Source: Salpingoeca rosetta
Taxonomy: Eukaryota > Protista > Choanoflagellata
Assembly (NCBI GenBank): GCA_033442325.1
Contig: JAWQFM010000008.1
Span: forward strand, 643,380 to 707,379
DNA: 64,000 bases
Reading direction: 5' to 3'
A program made the translations under genes and the position numbers. Below are positions 16,693-27,957 of the stretch, in pieces. The notes under the pieces are model-generated. The model was not told the DNA's origin. It saw nothing but the letters and a program-made list of their open reading frames with translations, and made no database searches. Within the stretch, counting starts at the first letter, position 1; each line of letters starts with the position of its first letter.

Positions 16693-17269
16693 CGCGTGCT
16701 TGGCACACATGCACAGCCGCTCAGAGCCGTTCACTCACCACAATGATGGGGCGCACTTCATGATCGGGTTTCAGCTGCATGTGCGACATGTCAATTGCGC
16801 CATCCTCATCATGGGGTGCGACAGCCTCTGCAGTACACATGCAAGCGGAGAGGGAGAAGAGGTGGTGCGGTGATCGAATGAACGGTGCAGCTTTGGGTGG
16901 GCAGTGGAAGAAGCAGGCTTGCCAACACACACACACAGATACAGATACAGACAGACAGACAGACACACACACACACACACAGACACACACAGACACACAC
17001 ACAGACAGACAGACACACATACACACAGACACATGTACACACACGCACACACAGACACACACACAGACACACACACAGACACACACACACACAGACACAG
17101 ACACACACGCACACACAGACACACACACAGACACACACACAGACACACACACAGACAGACACACATGCACACAGACACAGACACAGACAGACAGACACAC
17201 TTACACACACACACACACACACAGACAGACACACATGCACACAGACACAGACACACACACACACAGGTC

Positions 17270-17308
<39 letters not shown>

Positions 17309-17499
17309 AGACACACACAGACACAGACACACAGACACACACAGGCGCCCAGGGCACTCGCTTGCTGACCTTCGCGTCGCTGCAGCTCCTCAAAGTCCTC
17401 AGCCTCGCCATCATCCTCGGCCCAGTCGATGGCCTCATCCTCCTCAAGCTTCACCTCCTTCTTCACCTTCACCTTCGTCTTCGACTTGGCCGAGCTCAT
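10659..17499 (-). CDS. ERCC3: TFIIH DNA helicase/translocase XPB (ERCC3/SSL2), many exons
   Basis: [56 protein letters not shown] (Walker A), ILDE|[17 protein letters not shown] (RED loop), [48 protein letters not shown]. Confidence 0.96.
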
Positions 17500-17660
17500 C
17501 TTGTTGTCTGTTGATTGCTGTGTGCGGCTTGTGCTGTTTGTGTGCTTTGTCCGCTGTTTTGTGTGCTTTCGGTCTGTTTCGTTCGTTCGTTTACAATCAA
17601 GCATTCGCGCTGACAGAGCACCTTCACATACCCCCCCCCCGCCCCCAAAACAACACCCGT

Positions 17661-18024
17661 TTACTCTGGCGCAGCAAAGGCTTCTTGGAGCTCGGTGATT
17701 TGCTGGTCGAGGTGGGCAATGTGCTCGTTGGCCTCTGCCAACTGCTTCTCCACCACCTCCCGCACAAACGGCGCAACCAACGCCTGTATCTTCGCCCGCA
17801 GAGCCCGAAGCTCCTCACTCGAGGGGCCGCTGGCATCGTTCCTCCCTTCTCCAACCTCGTGTTCTCCTCTTCCTTTCTCACTCTCATCCTCCTCCCCATT
17901 GTCCTCGTCTCCCGCTTTGTCCACACCAACGCCCACGACACCGCCGTCATCGCTGCGCTCATTCTTGTCCGCCATAGCCACACCACCTCCCTGCGCATCT
18001 GCACTGCCAACACCACTAGTCCTC

Positions 18025-18082
<58 letters not shown>

Positions 18083-19953
18083 CATCCCTGGCCGCATCGC
18101 TGTTTCTGTCATGCCCTGCACTGCTGCTCATGCCACTCTTGCTCTCCTTATCGTCCACCCCGCCTTCAACTGTGAGGGTGCCATTCTTATCACCACCACC
18201 CACGGTCTCAGTCGCATCTCTTCTCTCTTTCCGCTCCAGCACCACCTCCTCTTCTTCGTCTTGACCTTCGCCTTCGTCGTCGTCGTCGTCGTCGTCGTTC
18301 TCCTCCTCCTCTTCTTGCTGCTTCTGTGCAGCTGCTGTGACAGACGCAACGGCGGTGTGTCCATCACTGCCAGCCAGGATCTGCGATGCCAGGTCGTCGT
18401 CCAGCACCACCATCTCTCCGCTGTCGAGTTTGGCCAGCAGCGTCTGGTATCGCTGCACCTGCTCCTGGTGCTCCCGCAGCACGCCCAGCAGCTTGCTCAC
18501 AATGCCCGCGCCACGGCTCGACTTCTTGTTCGCCTGCATCAGTCGTGTTGCGTGCGCGCGCGCGTGTGTGTGCGTGAGAGGCAAAGTACGAGTGGGACTG
18601 TGTGCACAATCAAAAAGGTCCAAGCACACACACACACGCATACACATACACACATATGAACTGATACTCCATCGCCCTTCGCACCTTTGACGGGGTGTAC
18701 GTGTCGAGTGTGGACGCCGTGTCCGATTTGGAGAGCCTGCTTGCTGCAGTGGCGTCATCGTCCAGGTCGAGAAACACGCTCGGCGGCGCGGCTGCTGGCG
18801 GGAAGGGCGTAAAGTTGGACGGGTGCACGTCGCTGGCGTGGTACTGCCGCTGCTGTGTGGTCACATCGAGCCCGAGCAACAGCAGCACATCGCGTGCCAC
18901 CTCCCGCACCTGCGACCCGAGATCGTCTTGTGCAATGCGGAACAACTCCTCTGTAAACGGCTCCAGCACAGGCTCTGGGGTTCACGCGCACCATGCAGTC
19001 GAGGCATGGACGGGGTGGGGGGGCAAGGTGTTATCGTGGTGGTTGTTGTTGTTTTGTGGGGTGAGGGAGAGATGTGCAGAGGCAAGCAGTGATGTTCATG
19101 ATTAACGGCAAGGGGGGGGGGGACACGAGTGTGAATGTTCGTCATCCATTTCAAGGGGGCTTATCACAACAGCACTGCGCAACGACAGGTCAGGCAACCA
19201 CTGACTTGCGTCAGAAGGACCGTGAAGGGCGATATTGAAGAAGATCTTGACAATGGCGAGCTTGAGCTGCTGGTCCGCCACTTCCAACAGCGGCCGTCCA
19301 ATCGCATCCACCGCCGCAAGCAGGTGCCGCGCATGCTCGCTGCGGGCGCTCAGGTTGCACAGGCCACTGGGGATGGTGATGATGGTGGTGATGGTGGTGG
19401 TGGTGGTGGTGTTTGGTAGGTGGGAAGCATAGTGAGCATGGCGAGTGGGAAGAGGAGAAGGGCGGGTGAGGAAACGTGAAAATGGAAAGGGCACAAAGCA
19501 CAAGAGGGGGATGAGGAAGCAGCGAAAGGGAAAGCGGGAGGGTGAAAGTTTGGCAAGTGCATACGTGTGCGTGTGTGTGTGTGACGTGGGATCAATGGCG
19601 CTCCAGCTCAATATCACATGACAATGCGTACATGCGCACACGCATGTGTGACACCAAAGCGAGTGACAGAGGGTGTGGCTGTGTGTGCTCACCGCGTTGC
19701 GTGGAGGCGCAGCTCCGGAATGGCAAAGCGGCAGTCCACGAGGGTGAGGAGATCATCCCGATAACGCGCAATCGATGGCCGTCGCTGAGTGGGCGTACGT
19801 GTGTGCGTGCGTGTTTGGGTGGGGGAATGCGAGAGCACATGAGGGTGTGTGTGTGTGTGTGTCATTTGCATGTGCGCGACAAAACAACAGCAACTTCCAC
19901 GTATGCACTGTGAATCAGCTCTGATCAACACAGCATCGGGGAAACCGCAAAAC

Positions 19954-20027
<74 letters not shown>

Positions 20028-20345
20028 TTCTGTATTGAGAGCTATAGGCGTTATCAACTACGTAGGACCACCGGCAGAGGGAGTGTGTACGTAGCGTAGC
20101 ATATAGAGGACAGCAAAGAATAGCAAAGCGCCAGTCCACGAGGGTGAGGAGATCATCCGATACCGCGCATCGATGGCCGTCGCTGAGTGGGCGTACGTGT
20201 GTGCGTGCGTGTTTGGGTGGGGGAATGCGAGAGCACATGAGGGTGTGTTTTTTTGTTCATTGCATCTGCGCGACAAAACCACAGCAACTTGCACGTATGC
20301 GCTGTGACTCAGATCTGATCAGCACAGCGTCAGGGGCACCGCTTA

Positions 20346-20425
<80 letters not shown>

Positions 20426-21250
20426 ATCACATTCGCACCAGCTCCTGGGGGCAAGCGCAGATGTTAGCGAGGAAGCAGGCGACGTGGGCGAGGGAGCGGC
20501 GGCGGCGGACCTGGTCGTCCGGCGTGCCCGTCTTTGCCGTCTGCAGCAGCCCTGGTACCGCCGCAGACAGGATGCGTGCCATCGTCGTGTGCACCTGAAG
20601 GGTCACAGTCCGTGTGTTAGCGAGTGGCGGTGGTGTTGTTGTTGTTGTTTAAGTTGTTGTTGTTGTTGTTTAAGTTGTTGTTGTTGTTTAAGTTGTTGTT
20701 GTTGTTTGCAGTGGTTGGGCTGCATGTCCCGAGCCACCATCAGTCATCATCACTGCCACAACCACGACCAAGCACACTCCATTGTCACAGCCACCAAGCA
20801 TCAGCCCCCTCCCCACGTCCCGTGCTGCACCTGATTGAGGACGGGGGCAGCGGCAGTGTCGACGGAGAGGGAAGCGAGGGCGCACAGCACGCCCTCTTGT
20901 GCGGCAGAGTGCGACTGCAAGCGGAGAACAGCACCAAACGCGTGCTTGAGGAACAGGCGGTTTTGCAGAAGAAACGGCTGCGTCTCCTTGGACTTGGCAA
21001 ACGCCTTCACAATCCACGCACACATGAGCTGTCCATGTGGTGGGGTTGGTGGCGGGGTTGGTGGCGAGGTAATTGGGGGGGGGGGCGGATGGGTGAGTGG
21101 CAGCAGTGGACGGCATGGACAAGGCGATGTCGTCCTGATAACGCAAAACAGCATCAACAGCAGGGTAAGGCACACACAAACACACATGCACACACACATG
21201 TACACACACAAGTACATATGCATGCACACACAAAAGTACATACGCTCGCG

Positions 21251-21302
<52 letters not shown>

Positions 21303-22196
21303 CAAGCACACACACACACAGCCTCAGCATTCGACACACGATCAAAGCAGTTAAATCAGTACAGGCACAAGAGCCACCTGGGGTCTGCCGGTGCATTCTG
21401 CCATGAGGGCTAGGACAGCCGTGGGCACGCCGGCGTCAACGGCATCGGGTCCGAACTGCGTGGATGTGCTGATGATGGAGAATGTCGCCTTGAGCGCCTG
21501 CCCAAAGGCGCGGCCGTCAGCATTCACCTGCAGCGCTCTGGTGTGGTGGCGATGGCGTGTACATTGAGGCCCAAATTAGGTGACAAGGGGTAATGGCGGG
21601 CGTGTACGCGTGCGCGCACACAGGGAAGTGACTTTACAAATACACACAGCACTCGAGCACAAGGAAGTGACTTTACACATACACACAGCACTCGAGCACA
21701 AGGAAGTGACTGTACACATACACACAGCACTCGAGCACAAGGAAGTGACTTTACACATACACACAGCACTCATGTACACACACACACACACACATACGAC
21801 CACGCAACACGTGTGGTGCTGTGCAGACAAACGCTGTGATGTGTCGCATACTTTTTGAGGGCAGAGAAGACGCCCAGCGAGACAAGGGTGCCGTGGCAGA
21901 CGGGGCGGGAGGCAAGAGTGACCAGCGCACGCAGGCCAAGCGCCTGTGGTAGCACAGGGAGGGCGTGAGAGGCAGGGGGGGGGGGGAGGACAAGTGAGAT
22001 GAGAGGATTTTTAGAGGAGACGCAGTCGGGGCGCATGAGTGTACAGGACGCTGTGCCTGTCAGTGACAAAGCAATGCACAAGCTCAAGCAACGGCACACA
22101 GACAGACACAAAGACGCAGACGCAGACACAGATACAGATACAAAAGCACAGACAGACAGGCACACAGACAGACAGACAGACAGACAGACACACACA

Positions 22197-22248
<52 letters not shown>

Positions 22249-23727
22249 NNNNNNNNNNNNNNNNNNNNNNNNNNNNNNNNNNNNNNNNNNNNNNNNNNNN
22301 NNNNNNNNNNNNNNNNNNNNNNNNNNNNNNNNNNNNNNNNNNNNNNNNNNNNNNNNNNNNNNNNNNNNNNNNNNNNNNNNNNNNNNNNNNNNNNNNNNNN
22401 NNNNNNNNNNNNNNNNNNNNNNNNNNNNNNNNNNNNNNNNNNNNNNNNNNNNNNNNNNNNNNNNNNNNNNNNNNNNNNNNNNNNNNNNNNNNNNNNNNNN
22501 NNNNNNNNNNNNNNNNNNNNNNNNNNNNNNNNNNNNNNNNNNNNNNNNNNNNNNNNNNNNNNNNNNNNNNNNNNNNNNNNNNNNNNNNNNNNNNNNNNNN
22601 NNNNNNNNNNNNNNNNNNNNNNNNNNNNNNNNNNNNNNNNNNNNNNNAGATAGCACAAAACACGCCAGCACAACCGCACACACACACATACACACAGCTG
22701 CTGCAACGCACAAAGAATGGAAGGTATGTCTTCTTTGGGCTGCAGGCGTGACAGCACGTAACACCACAGCAGCGGCAGTGGTGGCGACGGTGACTGGTGG
22801 AGAAGCTTGCCTCGCACAAGGAACAATAGTCCAGCTACCAGCAATTGACACACACACACACACACACATACACACGCACACACACACACACACACATACA
22901 CACAACTTACATGAGCAAAATGCATGGCTGCCAGCCTGCATGGTTGCTCCGATGGTTGCATGCAAGCAAAACAGTGTCGCTCAAGCATTGCATCATGGGC
23001 AAGTGCAGCAAGTGCAGCTGCAGGTATGCAGGGCAAACTCACATCCTCCTGCCACTCGGGTCGCGGGAGAATCATGGGGTCTCCGAGCGCATAGTGCTGC
23101 GAGTATGTCAACATACGTGCGCGCTCCACTTTGGACGTGGGCACGAACACGCCCCTGTTCTCCGGGCACCGAAAGTAGCGCACCCCGCTCATGACGCCGT
23201 CGTGGGCACCAATGGCCTGCGCGTGAGAGAGCGAGGTGTGTGTGTGTGTGTGTGTATGTGTGTGTGTGTGTGTGGTAGGGGATTGTGTGTGTGTGACTGG
23301 TGACAGAGCAGAGGAGTAAATGCACGGACATCATATGAAAGCGGAGTTGGAGACACGAACAACTCCAACACAGGCACACAGACAGGCCACACAGGCACAG
23401 ACACAGACACACCCAGACACATACACATAGCGTCACCTCATCAAGCTCAATGCCCGCCCACTCGCCGGCCTCAAAGTGGACAAGACCGCAGTAGCGCAGC
23501 ACCCCAGCCCGCCCTTTCACCGTCACCCTGATTAACATGGTGGGGGTGGTGGCAACGGCAGCGGCGGTGTGAATGTGTGGCTGATTGCACGCACCGACAC
23601 CTGTGGGTACTTGTTGCGTTTCTCACCGCGCTCACGACAACTTTCCCCTTCAGCGCGGCACACACACACAGGTACACACACACACACACACAGGTACACA
23701 CACACACAGGTACACACACACACACAG

Positions 23728-23779
<52 letters not shown>

Positions 23780-25090
23780 TGCGTTGAGCGGAATACCGGT
23801 CGCTGTTTCTTCTTCGCTCTGTGGGCCGCGCACCTCCATGTTTGCAATGGCATCGCGTGCATCCTGCTCCGTGGTGATGGCCTGCCCCACAGATCCGTCC
23901 GTGCTGTACCCGCGACTGCGCTGCGAATCAGCGTGCGCCCGCCCAGCGTACGGCACTTCACTGTCGTCGTCCGTTTCATCGTCCCCGTGGAGCTGTTCAT
24001 AGCTCTCTCCTTGTGCACTGTTCCTGTGGCGGTACGGGCCACGACCAGCGTACAAGGTGTCGTTGTCATCGTCATCTCCATCCTCGTCAGCGTGCCTGTG
24101 GCCTCGTTGGCGCTGCCTGTCCCCATAGGGTGCGGATGTGCGAGCATCTCGGTGGACCCCGTTGTCCGTGCCGTGCTGCCGGCGTGTGTGGTGGTGAGAC
24201 GAGTGTTCGGCGCCTTCAAAGAGAGTGTCCCACGATATCATGCCGCCAGAGGCGGTTGAGCTGGCGAAGGACGCGGTTCTGTCCATGTCATCGGCCCTCA
24301 TCATCGCCATGGGCTCCTCTACCAGCTGCTGGTGCTGGTGGTGTTGTTGTTGTTGTTGTTGTTGTTGCTGCTGCTGCTCAGCCTCTTCATACGGGTCAGC
24401 GAATGGGTTGAGGTTTTGGCTGTGCTGGCCGCTGGTGAGCAATGCGGCCAGCTGCGCAGCAGGCGAAGCAGAGGACGTGGAGGATGGGGTGGAGCGACGA
24501 CGGCGCTGAGCGGAGTCTTGCCGGCGAAGATGGCGGTGTTGGCCGTCACCGTCATCACGACCATCTCGGCTCTGGGGCCGGGTCGCAAACGGCTCCTTCA
24601 ACGAGGATCTGCTTGTGTCATGACCGCGCTGCTGCTGTTGCTGGTGTTGCTGCTGGGGGTTGTGGCGGTCGTGCGTAGCGGCCATTGCGTCTGGGCGCTG
24701 GTAGCGCTCCGAGGAGCGGAGATACGCTGCGAGGGCGGAGTTTGAAGTGGCGAGGCGCTGCTCGAGTTTGGACTTTGGGTCGGTCCTGTTGTATTGGAGC
24801 TTGCGCAGCTGCTCCAGGCGCTCGAAGACGGTCTCGAGCGCGGGGTCGTCGTCTGGGCCTGCGGCTTCGTAAGACACGGGATCGCCGTCGAAGAAGCGCA
24901 GCGCGAGGTGGCTGCCGCGGTGCTTTGCGCTGCACACGCTGGAGATGCGGTGGAACAGCTGGTTCTGCTGCCAGTCGACGGGATCAAAGACCAGCCGTTT
25001 TGTGGTCAAGTGCAATGTGCCCAGCCATCCTTCGTGCCGCACCTGGCATTTCTGCAGCACCTGCTCATTTCGCTCCAGTGCAAGCGACAT
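17661..25090 (-). CDS. Multi-domain protein: PH/GRAM-like N-terminus, low-complexity linker, CAP-Gly, FYVE zinc finger, ARM-like repeats, acidic/coiled-coil tail
   Basis: [17 protein letters not shown] (PH/GRAM-like). [23 protein letters not shown]|..[29 protein letters not shown] (CAP-Gly). WQED|[32 protein letters not shown] (FYVE). Helical repeats such as LRLHATR|GLCNLS and [11 protein letters not shown]. The gene spans an N-gap, so joining into one gene is inferred. Confidence 0.7.
19725..20340. repeat. Imperfect ~200-bp direct duplication of an exon and its flanking intron
   Basis: aaagc..cagtccacgagggtgaggagatcatc...gagcacatgagggtgtg at ~19725-19940 and ~20125-20340, differing by small indels. 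Confidence 0.85.
21624..21771. repeat. 39-bp intronic minisatellite, ~3.8 copies
   Basis: Unit ggaagtgactttacacatacacacagcactcgagcacaa in tandem with no spacers. Confidence 0.9.
22249..22648. other. Assembly gap; others at 36119-36218, 37829-38115, 55375-55842 and 61547-61646
   Basis: Runs of N, mostly flanked by CA/GT microsatellites. Confidence 0.99.
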
Positions 25091-25630
25091 TGTCTTGCGG
25101 GAAGGCAAGAAAGGAAAAAAAGGGGGGGGGGGGAATGAGGAGTGAGCAGGCAAAGGTGGGAAGGCCGGCGAGCAAGGGAAGCCCGAAGACACAAAGGAAG
25201 GAGGGGAAGGAGGATAGACAGGCAGGAAGCGAGCGAGTGGTGTCTTCTTCGTTGTCTGTCGTGGGTGGTCTGCTTCAATCTGTGTATTTTTGTGTGTCGC
25301 CCATCGCAAACTGTCGGGCCAAGGAAATCAATGCAATTTGTGCTGTCGTTGAAAGCAGCTGGAACTTTCTGCTGGCACACGTGTGGCGCGGAAATTTTGC
25401 GGTGTAGCGGCTGGGTTTTGTTGCATCCACTGCCAACTGAGCGAAAAAAGCAGCCACTGGAAAGCGTGTCATCCTTCGTGTGTGTGTGTGTGCTTGCGCT
25501 TCGTGAGCGTCGTGTGCACCATGGCATCATTTCCTTCATTGCACCAAGCACGCAAGCACGCAGCCCAGCAGATATCAGCACCTGCTCGTTTCCACCCTCA
25601 ACTCCACAGACACACAGACGAACCATCACC

Positions 25631-26933
25631 ATGAGCAAGGCTTTTGTTGGCAAGCCCGCCCCCGACTTCAACGCCGAGGCCCTCCTCGACGGCACCACCT
25701 TTGGTGAGGTCAAGCTCAGCGACTACCGCGGCAAGGTGAGCAGCGCTCTCTGCATGTGTTCAGTGCGCGCGTCTCTGCGCGTGTGGAGCGCAGTTGCTGG
25801 TGTTTCTCTGAATTCCTTTGGTGACCCATGGTGGTCGTCTTGGTGTACCAAAACGGCTGTTTCTGTCTTGTTGGGGTGCGCTTCATGCTGCGTTTGAGCG
25901 GAGAAGCTGGCGTGTCGACGGCCAAAACACCCGAGACAAGCGTCACACAAGTTCTGCCAACTTCATCACACTATGCGCACATTCCCGCCACTCCACCTTT
26001 CAACCTTTCCCGCCATTCCACCTTCCAACTCGCTCCTTTCCTCCCCTCCTCCCCCCGGCTTCACCCTGCTTTTGGTCGATACAGTACCTCGTCATTGTCT
26101 TCTACCCTCTCGACTGGACCTTCGTCTGCCCCACTGAGATCCTTGCCTTCAACGACCGTGTCGAGGAGTTCCAGAAGATTGGCTGCGAGGTTGTCGTCGC
26201 GTCCACCGACTCCAAGTTCTCCCACCACTCCTGGGCCAACCACCCACGCAAGGATGGTGAGTCATGCTGTGCGCCTCCTCCTCCTCCTCCTCCTCCTCCT
26301 CCTCCTCCTCCTCCTCCTCCTCCTCCTCCTCCTCCTCCTCCTCCTCCTCCTCCTCCTCCTCCTCTTCCTCCTCCTCCTCCCTTGTTGCTGTGCCGTACTC
26401 GCCGTTGTCACACTGGCGGCACTGTCTGGCGGCGCCTTGTTTGCCACACCTCATCGTCCCTTTGTGTATCCCCGCGAACATGTGGCGATTCCACAGCCCC
26501 GCCCCCACACGCTGACTTTTGTTTTAACTGTCTCACACATTGCCCACACCCAACCTTGCGCCTGCCCTTTGTCCACTTGCTCTCTCTGTCTCTCTCCATC
26601 TCTGTGTTTTGGACAGGCGGTCTTGCCCCCATGAAGATTCCCATGCTCGCCGACCCCAACCACCAGCTGTCCAAGGACTACGGTGTCTACGTTGAGGAGG
26701 ATGGCTTCAACCTGCGCGGCCTCTTCATCATTGACGACAAGGGTGTCCTTCGTCAGATCACCATCAACGACCGCCCCGTTGGCCGCTGCGTCGACGAGAC
26801 GCTCCGCCTTGTCCAGGCCTTCCAGTTCACCGACAAGCACGGTGAGGTGTGCCCTGCCGGCTGGACCCCTGGCGCCGCCACCATCAAGCCCGACGTCGAG
26901 GAGAAGAAGGAGTACTTCAACGCCGCCAATTGA
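25631..26933 (+). CDS. PRDX: Typical 2-Cys peroxiredoxin (Prx1/AhpC-TSA family), 3 exons (25631-25735, ~26084-26256, ~26617-26933)
   Basis: VGKPAPDF, FYPLDWTFVCPTEI (peroxidatic Cys), LRGLFIIDDKG, GEVCPAGW (resolving Cys), C-terminal EYF. Confidence 0.97.
26275..26380. repeat. (CCT)n microsatellite in peroxiredoxin intron 2
   Basis: cct run after the gtgag donor. The poly-Pro in the ORF track is intronic. Confidence 0.9.
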
Positions 26934-27957
26934 CTCGCACGCGCGTCGCAGGGAGAGCAGCAGCCGCCAACCACCCCATCCTTCTCACCACCCAAGCAAC
27001 AGAAGCACCCACAGCCCTCATCATCCTCCCAGCAGCACGAGCACCAGCGCACATCCAAGCCACAAAAGAGCAGCATGTGCACCTGCGTGTAAGTGAGCTG
27101 ATTGTCCATGGATTGACCGGGTTGATGGTTTCACGCTGTTAGTGTGCATCCTCCTGGTGTTGTCCACGTTGTTGTTCATCCCAATTTACTCTCTATCTCC
27201 GTTTCGTTGTCTAGTAGCGCGTTGTGTGTCGTGTGCGTTGCTCGCCGTTGTTGTGAGATGTTGCATCTGCTCCTTCTGTGAGCTGTATTCGCCGTGTTTG
27301 CTGTAACTGTTGCCGCTTAGCTGCCTGTTCCTTCCTGTTTGTCGCACCCAACGTTCAGTCCAGTCAGTTAGAGGATTGACAACGGTGGCTGTGATGCGAA
27401 GCGTTGTGCATTGCACGCTTGTCAATAGTCACACCCTGTTGTCGGTTCTCCTTTGTGCGCTGTGTCTACGACACGTTCACACCCAACACAAGTAAACAAA
27501 GGTTTCTTCTACCCAGACAGTGATTGAGAGAGTGGTTGAGAGAGAGAGAGAATGTGTGTGTGTGTGTGTTTGTTTGTGTGGATGAGGTAGTACTGACTGG
27601 TGTGTGGATGAGGTGGTGCTTGTTGGGATGCTCCACATGGTTTGATGTGATGCTACACATGATTTGATGTGATGAGATTTACAAGCCAATGAAAACGAGA
27701 AGAAGAAGAAGAAGAAGAAGAAGAAGAAGAAGAAGAAGCGACAGCTAGTAATGGGACACAACGCGGCGTGCCCGAAGCACGCCTCAGAACCAATGCTAAG
27801 GTCAAGGAATGCATCCTTGGAAAATGTACATGAGACACAAGAAGGTATTGTCATTCAACTCAAAGAAGGAAGGGTGGATGGAAATGAAAAACGAAACACA
27901 GCATTCGAACAGTAATGCACTGCAACAACACCAGCACAGCACACTGATCCTGGCCAG

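Noticed and set aside
19725-20340. Duplicated exon suggesting mutually exclusive splicing in the ARM region
   Set aside because: The copies are damaged in complementary halves: the 5' half is intact only in the 20.1-kb copy and the 3' half with its donor only in the 19.7-kb copy. Merging them gives one clean exon ([31 protein letters not shown]), typical of unmerged low-quality read ends.
21624-21771. 39-bp repeats as a possible CRISPR-like array
   Set aside because: Head-to-tail copies with no unique spacers, intronic, eukaryotic context; this is a minisatellite.
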